A DNA stretch of 64,000 nt, taken from the NCBI GenBank assembly GCA_013239625.1, contig MU053561.1, positions 808,826 to 872,825 of the forward strand, given 5' to 3'. Shown here piece after piece: positions 51,849 to 64,000 of the stretch (positions are counted from its first letter, which is position 1; every line of letters begins with the position of its first letter). The notes beneath the pieces were generated by a model. That model was not told where the DNA came from. It was given only the letters and a program-made list of their open reading frames with translations, and made no database searches. Made by a program: the position numbers and the translations under genes. The DNA comes from Lama guanicoe (lineage: Eukaryota).

Positions 51849-52009
51849 GTAACAGAAGCTGGCCCTCTCCCGCCGTTTTCCCATCCCGCTATGTCCTTCT
51901 CATCCCCCTTTCCTCTGTTTGCTTCTTCTCTCTTCCCTTTTCCTCTGGAGAGTACAGAGCCCTTTCCTTCCTAAGATCGATTCGCCTACGACTGCCCGCC
52001 TACTCGGAG

Positions 52010-52140
52010 CGTGGCGACGTTGCAAGTATGCGCGGTGACGTAACGCGCTCCTGCTGGGAGGAGCGCGCCGCCGTTTGCCCACTCTGCCTCAGCCTCTCGA
52101 CCTGAGGGCACCGCACCGGCGCTGTTGCCGGGCAACGCGG
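52010..52140. promoter_or_regulatory. Second motif cluster in proximal intron 1 (CRE-like site plus RFX X-box)
   Basis: TGACGTAA 52036-52043; GTTGCC-G-GGCAAC 52124-52136 fits the RFX consensus GTNRCC(n0-3)RGYAAC; dense CpGs. Confidence 0.55.
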
Positions 52141-52829
52141 GAAGCCGAGCCCTGTGTGAAGTTTTCAGAGACCCGAGGGCCAGTCTCTCCTGGACTGCCC
52201 ACCTTGTGATCCTGTTGTTGTTTTTAACTCTCCTTTCCCTAACCGCAAGCCAAGGGTCCGGCGGAGAAATTAGGGAAGACGCCTCGTTAGGAATTGGGCC
52301 GTTTAAGTAGGTGCACCCTCTTGACGTCCTCTCTCTGGCAATGCGGTACTTGAGCAAGTGTCAGTGCATCTTCCACTCTGATTTCTCCTCATTGCCCCGA
52401 AGTAGACCTGTATCGAGGAGGTTTTATGAAGGAATCTCAGCAAGCTGCCAAAGGCGTCTTTTTGTCCTGGCAGCACTGCTGTTAGTGTTTCTCTGTCGGG
52501 CTGAGAGCATGGACACGGCTTTTAACCTGTCCTGTCAGTATTTAGAATTTTACCCTCATAACAAAAAGAAAAAAAATGTATATTATTATAGATACATATA
52601 ATTTCTTACCTTAATTCAGATATTTATTTCAGCCAGATATTTACTAAACGTTTTCCAAGTGCAGTCTCAGTGGTAGGCACTTTGCCAGATATTTCTACAT
52701 TTCTTTGGAGATAACTCCTGGGGACCAAGGAGATACTTGAGATTCTGTGATTATTAGGTGATTTCCTGTCATCTTTGCATATTCATAGTCTTAATGTGTG
52801 TGAGGATTTTGTATGGTAACTGGTGTATT

Positions 52830-52995
52830 GGAGAGAGTACTAGACTGAAAGTTAGGAAACTACAAGTCAAGGGATTTGTCTGCCATTTGCTAGCAGTGTG
52901 ACATGACAAGTCACCTAATCTTGGTGGGTTTATTTTCTTTAGCAAAATGGGTGGAGGAAGGGTTGAACTGATTGACAACGTTCCTTCAAGCTTTG
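52830..52995 (+). mobile_element. MIR/MIR3 fragment in WARS2 intron 1
   Basis: agagtactagactg…ctagcagtgtgacatgacaagtcacctaatc…gttccttcaagct. Confidence 0.65.
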
Positions 52996-55181
52996 GAAAA
53001 TCTATTGCTCCATGATTATGAAGTCAAAAAGTAAAGCAGTAAGGTTAATTATGAAAACCAAGATTTAAGTTCAACTTGGTTTTCTAATCATCACATAAAT
53101 TACTTAACTTTCTGTGCTATGTGTTCTTCATGGATGTGGGCCTCAAGATTCTTGGAAGGATAAAGCATATTAAACTAGAAAGCTATTTGTTAACAAAACA
53201 GCTATTTAAATGTTATTTTAAATTTCAGGCAGCAATGTTAGGTAAGAATTCATTCAAAATTAGATAATACATCTAATACTCCACTGTTTGAAGTTTGAGG
53301 GTTTGATTCTGCAGAACCAGAATTGGTTGATTAATATATTTATAGCTAATAGTAGCATATTAAAACCTGTGGATCCAAAGTAAGTCTTAGACCCAAACCT
53401 CCTCTCATTCCAAACTCAAGAGTTGAGAATGTCATGAGAAATAAAAAAATCAAGGAGAAAAGAAAAACAAATTACAGCCCACAAATACTTGCCCAAGAAA
53501 GTTTACGGCATTCAATCATTATAAATGCTAAAGAAAAAATTTCTTAAATCTCTACTATTGTTTCAGTGGCATTTATGAATACGATTATCTTAAAGTAGTA
53601 ATCTAGATTGTTTCAGGGTGTAGAATTTCCAGAACAGGTTACTGTTTCCAAACCTTTACTTTAGGTCTCAGTAGAATATGAATTAAATTTAAGCAAGAGC
53701 ATTTTTTTGAAGTATGATCTACATATAATTTTCAGTCATTAAAAATGGTTTGAAAGACTAATGCAGTCTTTGGAAAGACCAATTGGGAAAATATATAAAA
53801 TTACATTTTAAGTGTAATTATAATACAATTTGTAAATAAATATTTATGTAAATATATGTACAAGAAAAAAGACTGGAAGGAAACAACTATTCTTAAATTT
53901 TTTTCCTAAATAGTGGATTAAAAGTGATTTAAGTTTTCTTCTTTAAGCTTTCTGTGTTTTTCACATGTCCTAAATTGAAGATATATCATTTTCAGACCCA
54001 GAATAAAGTTTTAAAACATAAATCTCCAAATAAATGCATAGGCATTAATATCATCTGTGATATTTTAGATATCTGAAAGGAATAACTTGTCCCACAGTGC
54101 TGTTATTAAAATGGGCTTAGAAAAGTTATTAAAATGGCTTTAGAAAACTTAAGATTTATGGGCACTTCTCCTGTATGTATCTTCTTTTCCTCTTGAAAAG
54201 TTTCCTTTGAAGTCAAAGATTTTGTGAACAGATGCAGAAATATGTGAAGGAAGAATTGGATTCTTAAACCAGATGCATTAGACACTTTTATGATATCTCA
54301 TACTCTTTGCGGAAAATAAAATTATTTTGCAAGGGTGTAGTATATTGGAAAAAAACGTATATTTAGCATGTGGATGATCCTATCAAAATCTAAGAAATAG
54401 AAATTTGCTTGTGATTGGTTTTGGCTGCGCGGTTACTTCCTGAGGTGAGAAGCGAAAGTGGGTGAGACACCGCAGTGCTTTGCTAGTGTCCTGTGATTCC
54501 TTGATTGTGTTAGTGTTTTCTTAAAAAGGCAAAATCTTGGGTAATAAGCTTGGCATTGGAGACTTTTAGTTATCTCAGGCTTTTGCCCCCCAAGGCTTGA
54601 TGTAGAACTCAAGTTTAAAATAAAAACTTGGGAGAAAACAGAAATAACAGTGTATCAAGCCCTACTCATTATGAAATGTCCACAGTTTATATGCAAGTGG
54701 TTTATTTTGCCAGGTGTTGCCTGACAGAAAAATGTTGAAGTCTGCCTAGATGAGAGTAGTCACAGACTCAGAGGAATGAAGATCTGACACGTTATGTTTA
54801 AACGCTGATGGCATTAGGTAAATTTAGGCCTGTCATCATTGGCCAAACACAGAATCCATACTTCTTTAAGTACTAACTTATGATTGCATTGTGCAAAGAG
54901 TGAAATATTGATGACTAGTAGACTTTTGCAATAATATATATAATCATTCAGGTGAAGTGTAAAATATCCACATTTGATCACAGTTAAACAACACACCTCA
55001 TTCATTATTAGCTGTCCCAGTCTGGGTTTGGCCAGTATTAACATATTGTTCCTACTGTTAATGGCCACTAAATGTAGCCATTAGATGAAGGAATCATGCC
55101 TCCAAAAAAAATAGGCATTATATTAAATTTTAATCTTGTATTTAGTTCTCACAACAAGGCCTTTTAAAAAATCAGACCCTC

Positions 55182-55384
55182 TTTTTTTTGGTGTATATAT
55201 TTTTTTATTTATAGTCAGTTTACAATGTTGTGTCCATTTCTGGTGTACAGCATAATGCTTCAGTCGTATGTGAACATACATATATTTGTTTTCATATTCT
55301 TTTTCACCATAAGTTACTACAAGATATTAAATATAGTTCCCTGTGCTATACAGAAGAAACTTGTTGTTTATCTATTTTATAGAT
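55182..55384 (-). mobile_element. Short young L1 3' end
   Basis: tatagtcagtttacaatgttgtgtc…atatagttccctgtgctatacag; TSD ccctcttttttt (55177-55188 / 55385-55396). Confidence 0.88.
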
Positions 55385-55399
55385 CCCTCTTTTTTTAAA

Positions 55400-55788
55400 C
55401 CTTTTTTATTTTAAAGTAATTTGAGATATGCAAAATTGTGAAATTAGTACAGAATATTCCTGTCTACCCTGCACCAAGCAGCTTCTTCCTGCATAATCAT
55501 GATATAATTATGAAAGTCAAGAAGTGAACTTGGGACAATTTCAAATTTCACATTTTCCCGCTAGTTTCTTCCTCGTCCAGGACCAAATCCAGGATCCCAC
55601 GTTGCATTTAGCTGTCATGTCTTTTCCAATCATTGTCATGTCCTCAGTCTTTAATGACCTTGGCCTTTTTGAAGAGACTTGCTTAATTATTTTGTAGAAT
55701 GTCTCTTAATATGGATGTGTCTGATGTTTTATCACAATTAGACTGAGGTGATGGATTTTGGCAAGAATACTTCAAAAGAGATAGTGTT
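55400..55788 (-). mobile_element. L1MC-like 3' end inserted into a MIR
   Basis: ccaggatcccacgttgcatttagctgtcatgtc…ttttgtagaatgtc…ttttggcaagaatac; outer repeat cacaacaaggcctt (55150) / cataacaaggcttt (55789). Confidence 0.75.
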
Positions 55789-56518
55789 CATAACAAGGCT
55801 TTAAGGTAGGTGTTAACACCTTATTATGAGCAGACGAAAATAGACTTTAGTTAAGTTACTTGCCTGATGTCTCAAAGCTAATTAATTGTGAAATTAGGGT
55901 GTTAAAATTTACTGTTGGCATTTCATTTCAGATTTTGTAGTTAGTATTTGTTTTTATAGGTTTCTCTGATCATTAAATTGGGGTAGTGTTCCCAGTGACT
56001 TTTCCCTTAGCTTTTCTCTGCTGAGTTCATCCATCCAACATGCGACGTGAGCTATAATCAGCCTGGAAAGCCATCAGGAGCCGCTGTGGCCATCTGGGAA
56101 TTTTACTTGATGCTAACTGCCAGTTTGATCAGGCTGCCTTATGTCCAAGTGCTTTTCTTAAATAGTACATGAAAGTGTTTCGTGGACCCACTCTAACGCC
56201 CCTTTTAAGCTCAGTCTATGAGTCCGTTTGTTTAAAATACTCTGAGTTGATTTTCCTTGTGAATTGACTTAGCTTATTAGAACCAATAATATTTCAATTC
56301 TTGGAAAATATCTTTGAGTGGCTAATGAAAACTACTGATGGTAACTGCTGAAAATATAGAGGAGGAACAGTAGGTAGACGCTGAGCATTTATCCTGTCAA
56401 CTGTTATAGCAGCCACAGCCGGGAAATGCCGAACAGCGTGAGGCTGCTGACCCCAGATCCTTTCGCAGTGTATCTGTTGCATGGCTGTAGGTTACAGAGG
56501 ACTGTGTGCAGAGGACCC

Positions 56519-56643
56519 CTTTTTATATTCTTTTTCATCATAGGCCATTCCAAGGTGTTGTATATACTTCCCTGTGCTACACAGTAGGACCTTGTTTATC
56601 TAGTTTATATTTAGTTGTTAGTATCTGCAAACCCTGAACTCCC
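56519..56643 (-). mobile_element. Short L1 3' UTR fragment
   Basis: atattctttttcatcatagg…ttccctgtgctacacagtaggacc…agtatctgcaaaccctgaactccc. Confidence 0.8.
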
Positions 56644-58224
56644 TGGTTTTGGATTTCTTAAGATGAAGTTTGAAAAATACTTCAGCTTCCTTAAATATCC
56701 AGGTGAACTTGTTAGCTTAGGACCACATGCAATGGATGGATTATTTTTAAGGAGCTGCTCTGTAAATGAGTTATTTGGGAGTTCTTATTCTAATGTGTAT
56801 GTTTTTAATCAATAAAATGCAGTATTTGTTCTATTTATCTTAAGTTGTGTGAGTACTTGAGATAATGGCAGTCAGTTTTCCTTCCTTCCTTCCTTTCTAA
56901 CTTCTTTCTTTCATTCCAAATACAGAAATACAGATTACTTCTGCATAATATGCTAATGTTTGTGCCCAGAGATGATGCTTTGACCTCATTCTCAGTCACT
57001 GCAGTGACTAACTTGGCGTCTAGCCTCCTCCCAAGGAGCGCTTACTCCAGTTCTGCTCATGATCCTATTTTACCACCACCACTCAGGGGTTCAGGAATTT
57101 CTCTCCTGGAGACTGCAGCACAAGGCCTAAACTTTCTTCCTGAGTTTCCACAGGAGAAATATACTCACTTGGGATAGAAACTGCTCTGCCCACGTGAGAC
57201 ACTAGATGCAGGGAAGATAATTTATAGGCACAGGGGTGATAAATGGACTCCAGCTTGGCTGAATTTAACTCCATTCAGGCATTTACAGTTTTCTCTCTAT
57301 ATCATTACTTAGCAATACTCTATCTTTTATGCCCAGTCAAAGGCTTAACACTTTTCCTTAACTTCCTTGCTTATGGGGTGAAGCAAGGTCATATGTAGGT
57401 TTGTACCACCCCATCATCTGACTTCTAATGGTCCTGTAATCACTGACCAAAATTCATCTACTTCCCTTTTTTCTTGGCTCACAGTCCTCCTTGCATTGAA
57501 TCTACTTCTGGTTGGCTAAGAACTACCCTTTGACTGCCTCTTTGTGTCTTCAGAAGTGCAGTTGAGCTACCCTGGTTTCTAACCCACAGAGATTCTCACA
57601 GCTTCCACTTCTACATTCCCTGCCCTTCAGGCTGGGACACCAACCAGCAGGCAGACAGAGATATCAGTTTCTCCTTTGTATTCCTGTCCTGGTGTTCTGG
57701 CTGTGACTCATTATGGTGCCAGGCAGCTCCACTGCGGATAGAGCTCTGAATGACCTTGGATATGTCACTGCTTGTTTCAGGTCCTTGGACTAACAGTTGT
57801 AGATTTTTCATCAAGGCATTTGAAAACAAAGTAAAATAATAAATATCACCTTGTGAAACATTTTCAAGTGGGATCTTTTATTTTCATTAATAATAATACC
57901 CTGTTCTAAATAAAACACTTCATAGTCTTCAGAATGCATCACGTATTCTTATTTAATCTTGAGGACAACATTCACTCTTTAGCCATCTAAAATTTTTACT
58001 CACTGATTAAATTTTCATTGTGTCTTCTCTTTTTTTTTTTTACCAGCTTTGTAGCAATGATGAACCTAAATAAGTAAATATCAGTATTTTTTAAAGGTTT
58101 GGTGGACATTATTTTCTTATTTGTACTAAAATTGATTTCATGTTTAATTCATTTTGGGGCCCTAGTCTGATAGGACTGTGTTAATTTCAGATATTACTGC
58201 ATATGGTGATGACGGGGGGAGGTG

Positions 58225-58450
58225 ATACCAGCACACATTTATTGGATGCTTACCGTATAGCAAGCATGTTTGAGGCACTTGACATCATTAGGTCATTTAA
58301 TCCTTGCAACCTAATGAGGTCAGTGTTAATATTACTCCTGTTTTATAGATGGGGATACCAAGAAGTTAAATAACTCACTCATGGTCACATAGCAAGTATT
58401 AAGCCAAGATGTAAACCCAGGTAGTCTGATTCCAAACTCTGTGTACTAAC
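58225..58450 (-). mobile_element. MIR SINE
   Basis: cacatttattggatgcttacc…catttaatcctt…ttttatagatgggga…ggtcacatagc…aacccaggtagtctgattccaaa. Confidence 0.85.
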
Positions 58451-59679
58451 AGTAATAAAAAGCCATTGAATTCTGAAACAAATTACCTGTGTTAATATGC
58501 TGATAACTGCCATGCAAAGTTTTACATCTGTTCCATGGAAGCCACTTATATTTCTCGCCATGGTGACATGCAGAGTAGAAATTATAAATCATCCTTTGTT
58601 GTTGCTGTTCCTACAGTCTTGTTTGGCTCAGTGAATTATGAGAAAGGAGCAAAGCTGTCTTATAAATTTATCTCCATGTCTCTATTTGGCTATTGCCACT
58701 AGGATTACCCTGTGTAAAATAAGGGCTTTTAACACGTAAGTCCCAAGGTGCATGTAGGAAGTTCTGTTCATACACAGTCTAGAGCTGAAAGGTCAGCCAG
58801 TGCACAGCCTTGCAAGCAGAGGGGAGGTGGTGAGTGCTGAAGCTTATGGATGGCCAGGAGACCACTATCTAGGGTCTAGTTGGGATTTATGGCTAGAGTA
58901 TTTTCTTCAAAAGTAACAGAGGTGCAAAGTAGTAAGATGGAAAAGATTAAAATAATTAGTGTTGTAGGCTATTTCTGCAAGGGATAAGTAAGAATTTTAT
59001 TCTAAAAGACTCTCATTCCAAAAAGTTCACAGAAGAGTCTGAAATTCAATAATTGAACTAAAGCAAATTATTACCAATTAGTGCATTAATTAGGATGCTC
59101 TTGCAGCAACATTGAACAGAATTTATTTTATATACCAGACAAAGGACTCCTCATGAACATTTCCTTATACTCTGGAGAATTCAAATGGACCATTCTATTT
59201 TATATTCATTCAGCTCCATTCTTTGCTCACTGTATTACTTTGGAACCCTCTTGGGAAGCAGGAGAATGTGATGGTGAAGGGAAATGAAGCTGTTTATTTA
59301 AATCTCTGATTTGAATTCCTGTCCTCCCATGGGGAGAATGGTCTAAGCAGCCAGTTCATAACTTTGCTAGGAGAGAAAAGAGATCTCTTGGGCTGGGGAT
59401 GAGTGTGTAGCATGAAGGTGGACTCCCAAGGGAGATGTTAATGACCAGACTATGTGGAGCCCTTGCCAGTTCTGGGGAGAGAGCCAGGTTGGCCTTCTGT
59501 GGATACTGGTTACCTGGCCATCTTGGGTGTAAAGGAAAGTCCTTCCATGCCGGCAACACTTGCTTCTCCAGTGGCTGGAAAGTTGCCAGGAAGCTGAAAG
59601 GAGCAAGGGTCTAGAGGGTCAAGAGTCACCTGAACATTATACTTGTCCTCTTAAAGTTGACTGGCTTCTCACTAAGAGG

Positions 59680-59925
59680 AAGTGTGGTAAAGCAGAAGAG
59701 GCATGGCTATTGGGATCTGTCAGGCCTGGCTTCACTAAATGCTAACTGTGTGATGTCAGGCACATTATTTGACCACACTACACCTCAGTTTTCCAATCTG
59801 CAAAGTATTAATAGTAATACTCATGCGGTAGGAATTTTATGTGGATTTGAGATTCTACCAAATGTATAAAGTCCCTTGGCCAATGCACAGCACCTAGCGG
59901 GCCCTCCATGCTGATAATGATTATT
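59680..59925 (+). mobile_element. MIR SINE
   Basis: ctaactgtgtgatgtcaggcacattatttgacc…cctcagttttccaatctgcaaa. Confidence 0.75.
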
Positions 59926-62369
59926 TCTTCAATAATATATGATTCTACTCAGCGACTTTTCTACCATTACCAATCTTAAAGATCTTTTGATTCCTCCCAT
60001 CTCCATACTATCCTCTCCTTTCTCTTCCACCGTCAGTCTGACCAGACTAACCTCCCAAAAGCAGTGCACTAATTATGTTCTGCCCTTGTTCAGAAAACTT
60101 TGGGGGCTTCTTATAAAGTTTAGACTCCTTATAGCCTCCCATTCAAGATCTTCCACAGTTTTGATCCAAAACACTTCTCTAGGCCATTGCTGTCCTACAT
60201 GGATCCTTTGCCCTGGAGTTAATATAATTTACAAGTGTGCTCAGAGCTATTTCCATTTACTTCTTGGTTAATGTCACTGTCTCTTGTTGGAAAAACCGTT
60301 CTTTCCATTCTAATTGGTCTGTATTCCATCATTCTTTAAAATAACAAATAGCAACAACAACAAAACTCATTTATAGGTTCCAGAAAACTTTGCTCTTAAG
60401 CTGGAAATGATTGCTCCCATTTTGAGATTTCATAAGACTTTGTACCTCTCTTACGGAAACTGACAAATCCTTCTTTATATTCTCTGTTTATAGGACAGAT
60501 GCTTTAGGACAGATGGAAAGCTTGCTATTTTTTATTTAGACCTTTTATGAGAACTCCAGCAGGAGGCAGTTTATAAGAAATACATTGTTCCACAGATGCA
60601 GTCTTAGGCTGTCATTTAGCAGACTGACACCACCAGGAGTATGTTCTTAGAGGCCACCCCTCATTGTGAAAGACAGGGCAAGAAGGATTCTTCCTGTTGA
60701 GCCCTGGATATGATAATTAAATGTGTGAGAAAATGAGTTATTACTCAAACCTTTGATATAATAATTCCTGAAGCAGAAAGAGCTCAGTAAATATTTACTG
60801 AGTGAATGAATTCAGCAAAAAATAAATATAAGACATGAGAAGGTGCACACCATTGGCATTTAGCATATTGTTGAATCTAAACCATGCACTATTTGTGTAT
60901 ATTTTTATGTTTTTAATTACAGAGGATACTCAGTTATTGCTGCAGTTAATAAATGATCTTATTATTGCCCTAAGCATCCAGATGTTTAAAAGTGATTGGG
61001 AGATAGTACTGGTTTCATTTCAATAATTTTTCAAGTAGGCTCTGACTTTCTAACTTGTTACTATAACTGACTTTTATTGCCACTCTAGCTCTTATTTTAT
61101 TTTTCATAGTTACCTTTTCATAGCTAATTATACTGGAGTTTGCAAACTTTATATTTTATACTGAAGTTTGTTACCTCTGTATATAGAAAAGTGTAGACTC
61201 CGGATTAAGATGAGTAGATTTTATTTGGAGCAGTTTTGCCTCAAGAGACTGCCTGGTTCAATAAATGTGCGTATTAGCTATACAGGCACTGACATCATGG
61301 TTTTTGCTGCTATATCGAGAGAATGCTTTCTTCAATTCATAAAGGAAATAAAAGGCTCATCCTATCAACATTGCCTTTTTTCTTAATTGTTCATTTTAAG
61401 TCAGCCTTTAAAACAGCCTTTGAAGGTGTGCCTAGGAACTCTGCTCTATAGATCTAGTTACGCTCTGCAGAGAGACAGAAAACAGCCCTAAGTTTCCCTG
61501 CACTGTTATGCTATGTAGACAGTGAGGCCACTTGTAAGCTTCCCATCCAATGCTATTTGATTTTTCTTTGCACCATGAAAACAGTAGGGTAGTATGATTC
61601 AAGAAGAATTTATATATCCATTACAATTAACTTAAATTTTCTTGTTTTAAAGTGGCCTGGTGACATTTTAGTGGTTGGTTAGGAAAGTTTTATTGTTATA
61701 CTTGCTTACCAACTTATCATTTACATGTTCAATACAACCTGAAATCAACCTAGTATAATTGCAGAACGGTTATAGAATGTCATGTCTGTTTGGAGGGGTT
61801 TGATTGCAGCATCTTTCTGATAAGTCTGTGACTACAGTGGCCAAACATCTTGTTAAACCCAGGACCGGTTGTACCCATCAATTTTTAAAATTCTTGGAAA
61901 TTCCAGTGTTTCCACATCCACACGACATCTCCCGCATTGTTTTTCAAATTCTAAAGTGAAACAGAAATGCTTTAGTAGACCATGTGTCCTTAATTTTGAT
62001 TAGGAATATATTAACATATCTGTAACTCAAATAGAGACACAGCTTATCCCCTCGTCTTATTTTTCTGTCTAACTAGCAGACTACTTTTGTCAGTCTTCCA
62101 TGATTCCTGTCTTTCTGAAAGTCAAATGCCCACCTTTACACTGACTCTGTGGAGACAGGGTCATCCAGCTTCCATGTGGACCACATGTTAGAAGGGTTGA
62201 GGGTAGAGAGCAGTGTCTCTTCAAAAAAAGTTAACAGAGCCAAGACCACAGATGGGATTACTGTGATCTGAGTAACACTTAAATTTGCGTCGTTTTTAGA
62301 TCATCTAGAAAAGCATGTAAAGTGGGAAAAATAATTTCCAAAACCAGGGTTTTTTCTTTTTTAACCCTT

Positions 62370-64000
62370 TTTAGGCTCAGACTTTGGGAGAGAGAGATCA
62401 GAACTGAGACATCCAAAAAAGAGAGAGATGGGAGAAGAATCATTAGAGTGTGGATCTAAGGATTCCAAGAGGGTAGAGAATTTCAAAGAAAAAATGAAAA
62501 GCAAGGCAGTGCTATAGTATGATAAAGACTAAAAGTTATCCATTAGAGTTTATAATTGGTATATCACTAATGATATGAGCAACCACAATGGCTTTAGAAG
62601 AGTTACTGGTGCAGACTGGTGACAGTGAGATGAGGGGTGAGGAAGTGGGGATTGCTCTTGTGAGGAGCCTGAGTGAGAAAGAAGCATCAGAGAGGGAGAA
62701 GGGCACTATAAAGAATGGCCTGACCAAGCGAATTCTTTGGAGGTAGGATCTTTTAGGATGGAAGAGCCTTGAGCATGATTAGAAGAGCCAATAAAGATGG
62801 ACAGATTGAAGATACAGAAAAGAGATGGAAAGAAATGCAATTCAGAGCAAACGCTTGAACATTAGGAGAGACAGACCAAGCAAGTCTGGGACTGGGAGAA
62901 AGGTATAGAGATGGCTGTGGGTCTAGATGAGTTTGCTGGGAATGGGATGGGAAATTCAGGAACTCTAAAACCTGATGGGTATAATTCTCTCAAGGGGTTA
63001 ATGGAATAAGTCAGTGATTTAGTGGACAGGCTCTAAAGTCAGACTGCCTGGGTTCAAAATCAGGTTCTTCTACTTGGTAACTGGAAGTCCTTGGGCAAGT
63101 TACTGAACCTCTCTCTACTTCATTTTCTTCATCTATAAGAGGAGTTAAAAACTTGAACTCTGTAGCCAAACCACCAGAGTTTGGAGCTTGTAAGCTGCAC
63201 CGCTAACTAACAGTATGTCCTTGGCAAGTCACTTAACCTTTCTGTGCCTTAATTTCTTCTTCTGTAAAATGGAGACAATGATACTATCTACCCCACCAAA
63301 TCACTGTGAGGATTAAATGAGTTAATATTTATAAGGGTCTAAAACAGTACCGGGCGTATTGTGAGCACTATATGTGTTTTAAAAAATGGTTCAATAGGCG
63401 GTGTTGAGAGTTGAGAGTCCAAGAGACTATAATTTAGATTTATAGGTAGAATCTGTGTTGTTTTAAGGGTTTTCACCAGAAGTGCTCAGCTATTTAGGTA
63501 TGTAAGTGAAGAATGAGCCCTCTAGTCTTGAACCAGGATTGGAGTTTTTGTGTGGCTATGGGGAATATACTGGCAAGGGTTACTGAGGTTGCTAATGAGA
63601 GCAAAGTCCAAGTGATTTACCTTGAGACCAGGCTGGGTAGGGAAGAGGAGAGGTCAGATAGGGACCGCTGCACTAGTTAAAAATGGAAAAATCAGAGACT
63701 CCAATTTCTAAGTGAGTTTGGAGAGCAAGTATAGTGGGAATAAAAGCATGAACAAGTTGAAAGGTGGAAGGTTGTAGACTGAATAGAATATTGACACTTA
63801 TGATTTCAAAAACAGGAATTCTGGGTGATGACAAAGTCCAGGGTATGGCCATGGGACAAGGTAGTTGAGGTTGAGGAGTTCAAACAAATGTATTTAATGC
63901 TAGACTATTGGATCAGTAATCTTCCTGATAATTGAACTCTTTTGGATAATGGAAGTTAGGGTAGAAAGAGAGCCAGCTTCCTAAGCCTTTAATCAGTTTG
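62370..64000 (-). mobile_element. L2 relic, interrupted by the MIRs at 63010-63380
   Basis: Long purine-rich degenerate sequence typical of the antisense L2 body (ggtgatgacaaagtccagggtatggccatggg). Confidence 0.55.
63010..63380 (+). mobile_element. Two tandem MIR fragments
   Basis: ggctctaaagtcagactgcctgggttcaaa…ccttgggcaagttactgaacctctct; ccttggcaagtcacttaaccttctgtgcctt…ctgtaaaatggagacaat…gtgaggattaaatgagttaata. Confidence 0.85.

Larger units (their letters stand above)
51620..52330. promoter_or_regulatory. WARS2: CpG-rich WARS2 promoter / first-exon region
   Basis: Sharp rise in GC and CpG. NRF1-type palindrome GCGCATGCGC 51668-51677, full CRE TGACGTCA 51720-51727, GC-box GGCTCCGCCC 51741-51750, YY1-type AAGATGGCG 51756-51764 overlapping the ATG. 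No TATA box seen. Confidence 0.9.

Noticed and set aside
51849..51974. Continuation of the WARS2 ORF to 71 aa
   Set aside because: Read-through past the splice donor into pyrimidine-rich intron; similarity to WARS2 stops at codon 30.
51791..52601. Several overlapping ORFs (60-123 aa) around the promoter
   Set aside because: Expected in GC-rich, stop-poor sequence; no recognisable protein; several use non-ATG starts.
1..64000. CRISPR arrays, operons, NUMT, intact ERV genes, or exons of neighbouring genes such as HAO2 or TBX15
   Set aside because: No spaced repeat arrays, mitochondrial-like segments, gag/pol/env frames or matching exons were recognised. Small or non-coding exons could have been missed by eye.

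Overview
Mammalian genomic DNA, AT-rich and dense in interspersed repeats. It is most likely camelid (alpaca/llama/camel): it carries four tRNA-derived SINEs matching my recollection of the camelid Vic-1 family and cetartiodactyl-type L1 3' UTRs, and I recognised no Alu, B1 or Bov-A elements. The only protein-coding exon I can support is WARS2 (mitochondrial Trp-tRNA synthetase) exon 1 at 51759-51848 (+). It sits in a small CpG-rich promoter with NRF1, CRE, GC-box and YY1 motifs, and the rest of the window to 64000 is WARS2 intron 1. The ~51 kb upstream contains a processed ATP6V0E1 pseudogene (2348-3189) and many L1, L2, MIR, CR1, MaLR/ERVL and hAT relics. Almost all other ORFs in the track are chance ORFs or L1 fragments. 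I found no evidence of a new biological system. The most interesting observations are retrotransposition structures (an L1 with its 5' UTR fused directly to distal ORF2; a twin-primed L1 nested in another L1's tail), a probable antisense promoter in WARS2 intron 1, and small perfect palindromes. Repeat family names come from remembered consensus sequences, and boundaries without a TSD are approximate.
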